A stretch of 64,000 nucleotides of DNA from Spirochaetia bacterium (GTDB taxonomy: Bacteria; Spirochaetota; Spirochaetia; SZUA-6; Bin103). Location of the stretch: positions 2,944,001 through 3,008,000 of the forward strand of contig CBDBDQ010000005.1 of the NCBI GenBank assembly GCA_965203905.1, given 5' to 3'. A model generated the notes under the pieces. The model did not search any database, had not been told where the DNA came from, and saw nothing but the letters and a program-made list of their open reading frames with translations. Shown piece after piece: positions 9,853 to 19,390 of the stretch; positions within the stretch are counted from its first letter, which is position 1, and every line of letters starts with the position of its first letter. The translations under genes and the position numbers were made by a program.

Positions 9853-10550
9853 TCGGTGGGCGCGCCCGAACACGCCGGCTCGGGCGCGTGGGCTCGATCG
9901 AACCGACGACAACCAGACCCCCTTGAGTCGAAGCCGCTCACCCACCTGCCGGGCGCTTCGTCAGCGACGACTGGCACGACAGCGAAGCGGACCTGCTGTT
10001 CTCGGTGGAACGGGAAGGCGGCGACGAGGTGCCGGTGCTGCTGTACGTGCTGCTGGAGCATCAGTCGACGCCGGACCGGTGGATGCCGTTGCGGATGCTG
10101 AACTACTGCACGCAGGTATGGGTCGCGTGGCAGTACAGACACCGGCAGGCGGAGCGGTTGCCGCTGATCGTGCCGCTGGTATTCTATCAGGGAGGGGAGC
10201 GCTGGGAGTACGTGCGGGAGTTCGCGGAGTTGGTAGCGGATGCGGAGGACTGGCGGTGGGTGCCGAGGTTCGAGCATCTGCTGATCGACCAGACCGAGCA
10301 GAGCCCGGACTCGGTGTCGGGGTCGGTGGGAGCGAAGCTGCTGCAGATCCTGATGATGGCGAGGTTTCGCAAAGCGGCCGACGAGTTGCTGGAGCGGGCG
10401 ACGCGGATGATGGGGGACCTGTACCGCACCAAGGGGTTCGCCGCGGTGGCGCGGCACGTGGAGTACGTGCTGGCGACGCAGCCGGAGGAAAACCGGAAGT
10501 ACTTTGCCGAGGAGTTGCGGAGGAACGTGCCGGGACCGGGAGGAGACCTG

Positions 10551-10814
10551 ATGAACTACGTTGAGGAGTTGATCGAGCAGGGCCGAAAGGAAGGCCTACA
10601 GGAAGGCCGACGGGAGGGCCGACGGGAAGGCCGACAGGAAGGCCGGCAGGAAGGCCGGCAGGAAGGCCAGGTCCGAACGATCGAGGGCTTCCTGCGACAG
10701 GACTTGCCGTGGTCCGCGATCGAGGCGGCTACCGGGATCGACGAGGCTGCGTTCCGGCGCCTGAAGCAGGAACTGGACACGGCTGACGGCGGCGCACGCC
10801 GCCAACCGGACTGA
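10551..10814 (+). CDS. Putative internal small C-terminal protein (RpnS-like antitoxin), 87 aa
   Basis: In-frame ATG at 10551 preceded by GGGAGGAGA; MNYVEELIEQGRKEG followed by EGRx repeats, matching the described RpnS architecture. Confidence 0.55.
   Translation: MNYVEELIEQGRKEGLQEGRREGRREGRQEGRQEGRQEGQVRTIEGFLRQDLPWSAIEAATGIDEAAFRRLKQELDTADGGARRQPD
10581..10670 (+). repeat. Imperfect 12-bp coding tandem repeat (GAAGGCCGRCRG-like) encoding EGRR/EGRQ units
   Basis: Directly visible, about 7 units; typical of Rpn C-termini. Confidence 0.85.
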
Positions 10815-10840
10815 TACGCCAAAGACCACGGACGACGGTC

Positions 10841-11503
10841 ATGCACAGCAGTTTTCTCCGGGGATCCGACTTCCGCATCACGCTTCGGGGGGAGGAGGTG
10901 TCCCACGCCCAGTTCTTCCGCGACCTCAGCGCGACCGATCGGTTGGGAGTGCTGGCCCCCGGCGGTGTCGACGGCCTGGGCGCGTGTCTGCTGCTGCTGG
11001 CCCACACCACCGCGTTCTACGACCGTTATCGCGGGACGGGCGACGACTTCTTCGCCTACCCCGACCACTACACGTTTCAGCGGCGGACTCCGCCCGCCTC
11101 CTACTCGATGCTCGATGTCTGGCCCCGACACAAGAACGTGCCGGTCGCCAAAGATGTTGGGGAGACGCTCGACGCGATCCTGGACCGGGCGATCAACGTG
11201 CTCGTGGTCCCGGCCGGGAGTGCTGGAGCCGCCGAGTTCGCACCGGTGCAGATGGCCAGCGCCCGCCGCACCATCCGGCGCTGCTACACGTACTCGGCGA
11301 CCGGGTCGACCGAGCAGCCCACGCTCACGGTGGCCTGCGGCCGCCCCGAGCCTGCCGCGTGGGCCGGCGCCGTGATCGACTCCCTGCCGCCCGACGACAG
11401 CGCCGCGCGCCGCCACTGGCTCCGAGCCGTCGCGGGCGGCTCGATTCCGGAGCAGTCGTTCAGAGAGGTCTCGGTGGAGCAGGCGCTCGCCCTGATCATC
11501 TGA
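10841..11503 (+). CDS. Hypothetical protein, 220 aa
   Basis: Globular composition with motif-like segments TAFYDRYR, FFAYPDHY, MLDVWP and DRAINVLVVP; codon usage looks coding. Confidence 0.75.
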   Translation: MHSSFLRGSDFRITLRGEEVSHAQFFRDLSATDRLGVLAPGGVDGLGACLLLLAHTTAFYDRYRGTGDDFFAYPDHYTFQRRTPPASYSMLDVWPRHKNVPVAKDVGETLDAILDRAINVLVVPAGSAGAAEFAPVQMASARRTIRRCYTYSATGSTEQPTLTVACGRPEPAAWAGAVIDSLPPDDSAARRHWLRAVAGGSIPEQSFREVSVEQALALII

Positions 11504-11622
11504 GTGCCCGGGTCGACCTGATATGGCTGTGGAGCCGATCAGCGTCATCGTGAGCTGCGCTCCACCGCGCACCGCGCCTTGCGGAGCCGACACCATGCGC
11601 AGCTTGCAGTAGACTCCCGGTC

Positions 11623-12074
11623 ATGTCGGCATATCTCGAGTTCGAAGTCTCTCTGCTGGACATCGAACCGCGCATCTGGCGGCGCTTTCAGCTCGACGCG
11701 ACCGACACGTTCGGTGAGATGCATCAGGCGATCCAGGACAGTTTCGACTGGGACGGCGACCACATGTGGGACTTCTGTACGACGGGCCGGGACCGGCGGG
11801 TGCTGGCCGGCCCCGGGGCGTACGACTTGGGCTATGAGACGGACGAGATTCCCGATGCATGGTCGGTGAAGCTCACGCAGCATTTCAGGCGGGTGTCGAT
11901 GACTTGCCGGTATACCTACGATTTCGGGGATTCCTGGGTCCATGCCGTGACGTTGCGGCAACGAGTGACGAGCGCGGAACGATTCCAGCGCCGCCTTGTC
12001 GCCGGCTGCGCGCGGCGCCGGACTGGACCGCGACCAGGATCGGTGGCGGACTACGCGCCGGGCTCGATCGTTGA
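11623..12074 (+). pseudogene. pRiA4b ORF-3 (TnpR-like) family protein with a deleted C-terminus
   Basis: EVSLLDIEPRIWRRF, HQAIQ..FDW...H, YTYDFGDSW. The expected PPEDCGG motif is missing after LVAG. Confidence 0.75.
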
Positions 12075-12163
12075 GCCCAACGTCGAGCGCGCCCTCCTCG
12101 CGATTACGGTACCTGCCTCGACAGGTACCCTGAGCTGGGCTACCGTCGGGCCGAGGATCTGCC

Positions 12164-12946
12164 GTGAGTGCCGTTCCCAGCTCGGATGAGCGCTACTCGT
12201 TCGAGACCGACGGGTACCTGGTGGTCGAGTCGTTGCTCGGTTCCGAGCACGTGGCTCGGTTGCGCGAGGCGTTGCAGCGGGCGATCGCGCGGCGCCGGGA
12301 GCTGGAGCGGCGCGGGACACCGCACTTCGCGCGGCCGGGTGACGAGCATGCGGGCAGCACCCGGATCTTCTACCTGCTGGCCGATGATCCGCTGTTCCTG
12401 GAGCTGGCCGACCATCCGCCGGCGATGCCGTACATTCGCGCCCTGCTCAACCAGAACAAGCCCCACTTCCACGCCTCCGACGCGTTCTGGGAGGAGGGGA
12501 CGCACACCGCTCCCGCGCGCTGGCACATCGACGGCCCCGACAACGGCTTCCGCAACCTGCGGCCGCGGGTGCCGATGCTGGAGCTGAAGATCGGCTACTT
12601 CCTGTCCGACATGACGCTGCCGGACCAGGGCAACCTGATGGTGGTGCCCGGCTCGCACAAGACCGACTTCGAGCCCACGGCGGAAGCGCTCAGCGGCTTC
12701 GATACCTTTCCCGGCGCCACCCAGGTGTGCTGCCCGGCCGGATCCTGCGTGATCTTCCACAACGCGCTGTGGCATACGCGTGGTCCCGCGACCCGCGCCG
12801 ACGGACGCCGCATCATGCTCTACTACGCCTACGAGCACCCGTGGATGATCGGCAGCCCCGAGCACACCGCCTATCCGCGCGAGTTCTGCGCCGGACTATC
12901 CGCCGCCCGCCGCAAGCTGTTCCACGACTTCCTGTTCCGGTCCTGA
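12164..12946 (+). CDS. Phytanoyl-CoA dioxygenase (PhyH) family Fe/2OG dioxygenase
   Basis: FETDGYLVV, WHID (HxD), GNLMVVPGSH, FHNALWH, distal Arg. Confidence 0.9.
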   Translation: MSAVPSSDERYSFETDGYLVVESLLGSEHVARLREALQRAIARRRELERRGTPHFARPGDEHAGSTRIFYLLADDPLFLELADHPPAMPYIRALLNQNKPHFHASDAFWEEGTHTAPARWHIDGPDNGFRNLRPRVPMLELKIGYFLSDMTLPDQGNLMVVPGSHKTDFEPTAEALSGFDTFPGATQVCCPAGSCVIFHNALWHTRGPATRADGRRIMLYYAYEHPWMIGSPEHTAYPREFCAGLSAARRKLFHDFLFRS

Positions 12947-13028
12947 AGGGCTGCGGCGCGCTCGCGGCGGCCTCGATCCCGAGGCGGCTCCGAGCACCTG
13001 CAATCCCAGACGGCTTGCGGCGGCTTAC

Positions 13029-14537
13029 TTACTTTCGGCACTTGCCGGAGACGTCCGCCCGGCAATACTCCTGCACCTCTTCCTCGAGTGTGTCGTACCC
13101 CGCATTTCGATAGGTGGTAACGTACTCGTCCCAGGCGGCGTCCAGATCGAGCTCGCCGATGATGAACTTGGTGAAGTATTCGTCACGAATCTTGGACAGC
13201 TCCGGTGCGGCACGCTGAAAGGTCTCGGACACGAAGCCGATCACGTACGGTGAGACGCCGTAGCGTTGTCCCCAGGCTATGAGCTCTTCCTGACGTTCCT
13301 TCTCGATCGAGTAGTCGGGAATCCAGTCGGGCATGATATTTGAGAACCAGCGCCACTTCGAGATCGGATCCGACTCGCTGCCCGTATCCTTGGCTAGCTC
13401 CTCCCGGTTCACGACGATGTTCCCGTCGCTGGCGCGGTTCCAGTGGACCCCCTCGATACCGTAGAAGTTGAACAGGTCACCCTCGTCCGAGAACAGAAAG
13501 TCCCACAGCGCAAGAATCCGATCCGGATGGTCGGCGGTACTTGCCACGAGCATGTCTACGGTGCCGAACGGAGATACGGGCCGGTTGTTGTGCGGACCGA
13601 CCGATCCCTTGGGCGGAAAGGCGACGAACACGTCGGCTCCCGGAATGCTCTTCTCGGTCAACCCGACCATCTCGTCGTAGAAGTAGTTGGCCTCGACGTG
13701 AACCGGAATCGCCGCTACTTTCCCCGTGGTGAACTTCTCGCGGAACTTGCCGAAGTCGGTGAGAATCACGAACTCCGGATCGAGCACGCCGTCGGCATAG
13801 AACCGGCGGATAAGACGCAGCCCTTCCTTCCACTCGTCGGAAATCGACATGTCGACATAGCGGCCGTCCTTCCACTTCCAGGCGGGATGGTCCATTCCGA
13901 TGTCCGTATGCGCTCCATAGAAATAGTGGTTGCCGAAGTAGAGGCCGAACGACACGTACCCGGGAATGCCCTCGCCATCGTGTACGACCTTCAACACTTC
14001 GCCGAACTGTTCGACGGTCTCGGGAATCGGCTGGTTGTACTTGTCCAATAGATCCTTGCGGTAGTAGAAGCCGGTGGTATGGTGAAAATAGCGCTTTGGT
14101 ACGACGTAGTTCTTGCCGTCCCAAAGGGAGAACCGGCTGGCCTCCGGTTGTGCCAGGTAAGCCGTTAGGTTCGGATAGTCGGCCAGCATCGGGGTCAGAT
14201 CCTGGACCATGCCGCCGTCGATGAGCTGGCGCACGATGCGGGCGCCCCCGGTCGTGGGGCCTCGTACCTGGATCAGATCCGCCAAGTCACCGCTGGTCAT
14301 ATCGAGCTGCAGCTTCTGCGCATATTCGGCGATCGGCTGTACGATGATCTCGAAGTCCATGTTGAACTTGTCGTTGATGTACTCAAGCATGCGTCCCTTG
14401 GGCGGGGGAACTCCGTCGGTCCAATAGGCGGTGACGTGAACCCGCTCACCAGCGGCCGCCTCACCCTCTCCTCCGGCCCACGCGCCGGTACTGCACGCCA
14501 ATCCGGCAATGACTGCGAGCAAGATCGCTCTTCTCAT
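13029..14537 (-). CDS. Orphan extracellular solute-binding protein (family 1, LplA-like)
   Basis: Signal peptide followed by AGGEGE; YYRKDLLDK; YGIEGVHW; FIIGELDLDAAWDEYV. RBS AGGAGGAG. Confidence 0.88.
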   Translation of the reverse strand: MRRAILLAVIAGLACSTGAWAGGEGEAAAGERVHVTAYWTDGVPPPKGRMLEYINDKFNMDFEIIVQPIAEYAQKLQLDMTSGDLADLIQVRGPTTGGARIVRQLIDGGMVQDLTPMLADYPNLTAYLAQPEASRFSLWDGKNYVVPKRYFHHTTGFYYRKDLLDKYNQPIPETVEQFGEVLKVVHDGEGIPGYVSFGLYFGNHYFYGAHTDIGMDHPAWKWKDGRYVDMSISDEWKEGLRLIRRFYADGVLDPEFVILTDFGKFREKFTTGKVAAIPVHVEANYFYDEMVGLTEKSIPGADVFVAFPPKGSVGPHNNRPVSPFGTVDMLVASTADHPDRILALWDFLFSDEGDLFNFYGIEGVHWNRASDGNIVVNREELAKDTGSESDPISKWRWFSNIMPDWIPDYSIEKERQEELIAWGQRYGVSPYVIGFVSETFQRAAPELSKIRDEYFTKFIIGELDLDAAWDEYVTTYRNAGYDTLEEEVQEYCRADVSGKCRK

Positions 14538-14977
14538 GGCTCTCCTCCTGACCCGATCTCGGGTCGTCTGCCCATCAGCGATACCGTGTGACCCCTCTGC
14601 GGCAAGAGTCGCACCGTCCCCAACCGCACACCTTATCCGTCCTCCCGCCCACGTGCAAGGTTGCGTTGTGTGGGGTGCGGAGGGTATGCACTGCGCGTCG
14701 GTTTACCGGAGTAGGCGTGCCGACTCCTGCTGGGTTCGCGACCATGCACGTATCGGCGAGGAACCGGGCAAGGTTCGTCGGCGCGCTGCGGCGACGGGTC
14801 CCTCAGGGAACGCTGGCGGCACCGCGGGCAGCGGCCCACCATCCGGGCGCAGGCTTAGCGCCAGAACAGGGTAGCAGTTCCTTTCCCCGGGGCGCGGACT
14901 GCCAGTGGAAGAGGCGAGGGTGGGTACCACATCTTGGTGGGAGGCGCAGTCCGGGGTTGCAGCGGCGAGTGGAACCG

Positions 14978-15859
14978 CTACTCGGCTTCCGGGGTTGGTT
15001 GCTCCGCGAGCAGGGTGCGCAGGTGGTCGCGGAACAGGATGGTTTCGCTGAGGTTGTCGACGCGGTTGCAGTTCTCCCACTCGGTCCACACGTACTCCAG
15101 GCCCAGGTAGCCGCGGTACCCGGTGGCGTGCATCACCTGCACGATGCGGGCGAAGTCGATGGTGTTGTCGCGCATCGAGGCCTGCAGGGCGCCGCGGCGG
15201 GCGCCGCGCACGTGGAAGTGGCTGGCGTGGGCGAGCAGCGGCTCGACCTCGCGGTCGGGAATGCCGGCGCGGGCGAAGTGGCCGTAGTCCACGGTGAAGG
15301 TGAGGTCCGGCACTGCCTCGACCAGGCGCAGGGCGGCGGCGGGGCGCGCGGCGACCGAGCCGAGGTGCGGCTCCACGCCCATGACGATCCCGGCGGCGCG
15401 GGACCGTTCCACCCGCCACGCCAGTTCGGCGTGGGCACGGGCCAGGGAGTCGGCCCGTGGCTCATCGTCGGCGAACGGCACCCCCGGACCGATGGAGACG
15501 TGAGCCGCGCCGCAGGCGGCGGCGTACTCCAGGGCGCGCTCGAACCAGTCGCGGGCGCGGCGCCGGCGCTCCGCCAGCGGGTGGTTGATGGCGTAGGAGC
15601 GGCCGTCGTTGTCCACCTGCAGGAACACGTCGGCCGCGCACAGGCCGTGAGCGTCGAGGCGCGCGCGCAATGCCCGCGCCGCGCGGCCGGTGTCCTGGAA
15701 CTCGGTGGAGGGCTGCAGGTGGGAGCGGTCCTCGAACAGGCCGATGTCGACCGCCGGAATCTCCAGCGCGGCGATCAGTGCCAGCACCCGGTCGTGGGGC
15801 AGCAGGGGAAAGGTGAAGTCGGCACAGGCCAGCTCCAGGCGTGGTGGGGGGATGGTCAT
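14978..15859 (-). CDS. Sugar phosphate isomerase/epimerase (xylose-isomerase-like TIM barrel)
   Basis: Start MTIPPP overlaps the upstream TGA; metal motifs GVEPH, TVDYGH, HFHVR and GYRGYLGLEY. Confidence 0.85.
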   Translation of the reverse strand: MTIPPPRLELACADFTFPLLPHDRVLALIAALEIPAVDIGLFEDRSHLQPSTEFQDTGRAARALRARLDAHGLCAADVFLQVDNDGRSYAINHPLAERRRRARDWFERALEYAAACGAAHVSIGPGVPFADDEPRADSLARAHAELAWRVERSRAAGIVMGVEPHLGSVAARPAAALRLVEAVPDLTFTVDYGHFARAGIPDREVEPLLAHASHFHVRGARRGALQASMRDNTIDFARIVQVMHATGYRGYLGLEYVWTEWENCNRVDNLSETILFRDHLRTLLAEQPTPEAE

Positions 15860-16929
15860 GCCACCCTCACGTCGGCGCCGGTGCGCGCGGCCTCGCAGGC
15901 GGCCTCGATCAGCTTCATGGCGCTCCATCCCAGGGCGGCCGGCGAGCGGTTGGGCGCCGCGCCCGCCACCACGTCGACCAGGTTCTCGGCCGGTGCGTGC
16001 AGCGGGTAGCTCGCCTCCTCGGCGAGCGGGGGGTAGTCCTGCGTTGCGCCGCCAGCGCGGTACAGGCGCATGGTGCCGTGCCACAGCTCCAGGAACAACA
16101 TCGCCTCGGTGCCGAACACGCGCACCTCGAAGGTGCGCTCGGCGGGCATCGGCGCCCCGGTGCTGGCAATCGAGACCAGGGTGCCGCCGTCCCAGGTAGC
16201 GTTGATCGAATCGTACACGTCGACCCGGGTGTCGTAGTTGTCGAACCGTGCGAACACGGCGCGCGGGTCGCGACCGGTGAGGAACGCCAGGTAGGCGCCG
16301 ACGTGCGACACCTGGGTGTAGATCTGCCCCCCGCCGCTCACCGCCGGGTCGGCGAATGCGCCCGGTTCCGGGGGCAGGTATGGGGGCTGGCTCTCGAGGG
16401 TGTCGCTGCCGGTGAAGATCTCCTCCCACGGCAGTCCGCGGTAGATGCCGAGGCAGAAGTTGGTCATCAGCACGCTGATCAGCTTGATGTCGCCGAGGGC
16501 GCCGGAGCGGACCAGTTGCTGCGCCGCGGCGGCGTGGGCGGTGTAGTGCCACGGCCCGCTCAGCAGGAAGTGCACTCCCCGGCGCTCCGCCAGGGCCACC
16601 AGCTCGCCCGCCTCGGCGGCGGTGATGGTCATCGGCTTCTCGATCAGCACGTGCAGCCCGCGCTGCAGCGCCGCCATGGCCTGTGCATGGTGGACGTTGG
16701 GCGTGGAGCTGATCACCACCGCGTCGAGCGGTTCGCGGTCGAGCGCCTCTTCCAGCGAGGCGGCGGCACGGGGAACGCCGAAGTCGCGGGCGATGCGCTG
16801 CGCCAGCGTCCGGTCGCGGTGGTGCACGCAGCGCAGCTCCGCTTGCGGGTGGCGCAACAGCGCCGGGATGTGCGCCGTGGTACCCCACCAGCCGGCGCCG
16901 ATCACCGCGCAGCGAACCCGTTTCGGCAT
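15856..16929 (-). CDS. Gfo/Idh/MocA family oxidoreductase
   Basis: AVIGAGWWG, DAVVISSTPNVH, HVLIEKPM. Confidence 0.92.
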   Translation of the reverse strand: MPKRVRCAVIGAGWWGTTAHIPALLRHPQAELRCVHHRDRTLAQRIARDFGVPRAAASLEEALDREPLDAVVISSTPNVHHAQAMAALQRGLHVLIEKPMTITAAEAGELVALAERRGVHFLLSGPWHYTAHAAAAQQLVRSGALGDIKLISVLMTNFCLGIYRGLPWEEIFTGSDTLESQPPYLPPEPGAFADPAVSGGGQIYTQVSHVGAYLAFLTGRDPRAVFARFDNYDTRVDVYDSINATWDGGTLVSIASTGAPMPAERTFEVRVFGTEAMLFLELWHGTMRLYRAGGATQDYPPLAEEASYPLHAPAENLVDVVAGAAPNRSPAALGWSAMKLIEAACEAARTGADVRVA

Positions 16930-16991
16930 GCCGGACAGGGTGAGCGGGAGCAGGGATCGCGTCAAGGAACCATCCGGCCGGCCACACGCAT

Positions 16992-17020
16992 TTGACGATC
17001 TCCGGCGCGCGTGCTAAGCC
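16992..17020 (+). promoter_or_regulatory. Putative sigma70 promoter of the sugar ABC operon
   Basis: TTGACG-17 nt-TAAGCC with extended TG, 45 nt upstream of the SBP ATG. Confidence 0.45.
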
Positions 17021-17065
17021 CACACAGAACCCAGTGATCTGAGTCACGAGGAGGTACTCAAGACC

Positions 17066-18406
17066 ATGACCCGAACCTGGACCATTCGTGCCGTACTGCT
17101 GTGCGGCGCCCTGCTGCTGGCGGCGCCGCTGCTGGTGAGCGCCGCACCGGCCGACGAGGCGCCGGAGGCGGCCAGCGGCGACATGCCCTACGCCGGCCAG
17201 TCGATCCGGGTGCTGCACGACAAGCGGCCCAACACCGCCAACCTGCTGGACCTGCTGCCGGAATTCGAAGAAGCCACCGGCATCTCGGTAACGGTCGACA
17301 TCATGCCGGAGAGCGAGGTGTTCGCCAAAGAACAGGTGGAGCTGAGCCAGCAGGTCGGCACCTACGACGTGATGCAGTACATCTGGCTGTTCCAGCCCGG
17401 TTGGGAACGGGCCGGCTGGATGATCGACCTGAACCCCTACATCGCGGACGCCGGCAAGAACTTCCCCGGCTGGGCGCGCGCCGACTTCGACGACTCGGTG
17501 CTCGGCATCCTGTCGGTGAACGACAAGCAGCTCGGCATCCCCTTCATCAGCTTCACCAACGGCTTGTTGTACAACGACATCATCTTCAAGAAATACGACG
17601 TGGAAGTGCCCACCACGCTGGAGGAGTTCGAAGCCGTGGCGGCCATGCTGACGCGCGAGGATCCCGAGCTGGGCCAGATCTACGGCTACATGGCGCGCGG
17701 TGGGCGGCGCGGCACCGAGGACACCAACTCCTGGATCCAGGTGCTCAACCTGTTCGGCGGCAAGTTCTTCGACGACGACTGGAACTGCGCCCTGAACGCG
17801 CCGGAGGCGGTGGCGTCGCTGGAGTGGTACGTGCGCATGGTCGAGAACTACGCACCGCCGGGGGCCAAGCGCGCCGGCTGGACCGAGGTGGTGACCGAGT
17901 TCACCCAGGGCCGGGTGGCCATGATCATGGAAGGCTTCGTGGTGTGGGAGCAGTACAACGACCCCGAGCAGTCCAAGATCGCCGGCCACGTCGGCTTGGC
18001 GCAGTTGCCCGACAGTCCCGAGCACGGACTGGCGGTCGGCGGCGCCTGGGGACTCGGCATCCCCAACACGGCCAAGAACAAGGACGCCGCATGGCAGTAC
18101 ATCCAGTGGCTCACCAGCACGCCGGTGGCCAGCCGACTGTTCCTGGCCACCACCCGCGAGGCCAACCTGGCGGTCTACAGCGTGTCCCCGAACGCGCCCG
18201 GCGCCCCGCCCATGAACGACGTGGTCGGCAAGATCTTCGCCGACACCGACCCCGCGGGGTATCCGCCGATCACCAACTGGAACGAGGTCTCCGACAAGAT
18301 CGGCCTGATGTTCTCCAACGCCCTTTCGGGCGAGATGGGCGCGCAGCAGGCGGCCGACGAGGCGTGCGAGGCGATCGATCCGCTCATGGAGAGGGCAGGC
18401 TACTGA
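17066..18406 (+). CDS. Sugar ABC transporter substrate-binding protein
   Basis: RBS GAGGAGG; signal peptide; EFEEATGISV, PTTLEEF, GGAWGLGIP..AKNKDAAWQYIQW. Confidence 0.92.
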   Translation: MTRTWTIRAVLLCGALLLAAPLLVSAAPADEAPEAASGDMPYAGQSIRVLHDKRPNTANLLDLLPEFEEATGISVTVDIMPESEVFAKEQVELSQQVGTYDVMQYIWLFQPGWERAGWMIDLNPYIADAGKNFPGWARADFDDSVLGILSVNDKQLGIPFISFTNGLLYNDIIFKKYDVEVPTTLEEFEAVAAMLTREDPELGQIYGYMARGGRRGTEDTNSWIQVLNLFGGKFFDDDWNCALNAPEAVASLEWYVRMVENYAPPGAKRAGWTEVVTEFTQGRVAMIMEGFVVWEQYNDPEQSKIAGHVGLAQLPDSPEHGLAVGGAWGLGIPNTAKNKDAAWQYIQWLTSTPVASRLFLATTREANLAVYSVSPNAPGAPPMNDVVGKIFADTDPAGYPPITNWNEVSDKIGLMFSNALSGEMGAQQAADEACEAIDPLMERAGY

Positions 18407-18448
18407 CCCGCCCCGACCGGCTGAGCTACAAAACCTGAGCGCGCGTCA

Positions 18449-19390
18449 ATGCCACGCGCGTCCGGCACCGGCGCCTCCGCCCCGGCGGGGGGCGCCGGTC
18501 GCCGCCGGCGGCTGTCCCGGGCCTGGATCCCCTGGCTGCTGCTGGCCCCGACCCTCGTCGTCCTGGTTCCCTTTCCCATCTACCTGCTGGCGACCATCGT
18601 CCGCAACTCGCTGTTCGACTGGACCCTCACCATGCCGTGGCTGGGCCAGTTGTTCGTGGGGCTGGGCAACTTCAGAACCATCCTCGGTGACGCCGCCTCG
18701 CTGCAGAGCATACTGACGGCGCTGGTCTTCACCCTCGGCACCCTGGCCGCCGAGCTCACGCTGGGCATCGGCGTGGGACACCTGCTGATCCGCGAGACCC
18801 GGCTGATGTCGACCCTGCGCGGCTTCATCCTGCTGCCGCTGGTGATCACCCCGGTGGTGGTGGGCCTGTTGTGGCGGATGATGTACCAGGGGGACCTCGG
18901 CATCATCACCTATCTTCTGGGTGTCCTCGGGTTTCCCAAGATGACCATCCTCGCCCACCTGCAACTGGCGTTGCCGGCGGTGATCGTGGTTTCCATCTGG
19001 CAGTATGCTCCGTTCCTGATCCTGGTCACGGTGGCCGGTCTCAAGGCGCTGCCCACCGAACCGTTCGAGGCGGCGCTGATCGACGGCGCCAGCGGCTGGC
19101 AGGTGTTTCGTCTCATCACCATTCCGCTGTTGCGCCCGCTGCTCTACATCGCGTTGTTGATCCGCTTCATCGATGCATTCAAGCAGTTCGACCTGATCTA
19201 CATCATGACCGGCGGCGGTCCCGGCATCCGTACGGAAACCATCAGCATGCACATCTTTCGCGAGGGTTTCCTGGTGTTCCACATGGGCTACGCCGCGGCG
19301 CTGACCATCGTCCTGATTTTCGTGGTCAACCTGTTCGCCATTCTCTACTTCACCACCGCCGCGCGCGGCACGAGGACCGGTGTGACGTGA
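18449..19390 (+). CDS. Sugar ABC transporter permease
   Basis: AGLKALPTEPFEAALIDGAS and MTGGGPG. Confidence 0.92.
   Translation: MPRASGTGASAPAGGAGRRRRLSRAWIPWLLLAPTLVVLVPFPIYLLATIVRNSLFDWTLTMPWLGQLFVGLGNFRTILGDAASLQSILTALVFTLGTLAAELTLGIGVGHLLIRETRLMSTLRGFILLPLVITPVVVGLLWRMMYQGDLGIITYLLGVLGFPKMTILAHLQLALPAVIVVSIWQYAPFLILVTVAGLKALPTEPFEAALIDGASGWQVFRLITIPLLRPLLYIALLIRFIDAFKQFDLIYIMTGGGPGIRTETISMHIFREGFLVFHMGYAAALTIVLIFVVNLFAILYFTTAARGTRTGVT

Larger units (their letters stand above)
9935..10814 (+). pseudogene. Rpn (YhgA-like) recombination-promoting nuclease/putative transposase, 5' truncated and frameshifted
   Basis: RFVSDDW..EADLLFSV, LYVLLEHQSTPDRWMPLRMLNY, LPLIVPLVFYQG and EGRx repeats. 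The typical N-terminal HD..FK segment is absent and the frame breaks near 9950. Confidence 0.8.

Noticed and set aside
7276-9945. Long antisense or alternate-frame ORFs (889 aa and 813 aa here; also 44682..47273, 3424..4887 and others)
   Set aside because: Shadow ORFs of real genes in high-GC DNA; Arg/Gly/Pro-rich with no motifs.
10581-10670. Short tandem repeats as a possible CRISPR array
   Set aside because: 12-bp in-frame coding repeats without spacers; no cas genes.
14538-14977. 440-nt intergenic region with short inverted repeats (CGGACTGC/GCAGTCCG) as an ncRNA
   Set aside because: No recognisable riboswitch or RNA family; short GC-rich stems are expected by chance.
14978-18025. 1015-aa ORF, and similarly 20802..23360, 980..2674, 1795..3528, 18871..20217 and 37179..40505, as giant fusion proteins
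   Set aside because: Only the C-terminal parts are coding; true starts lie at stop/start overlaps and the extensions overlap other real genes.
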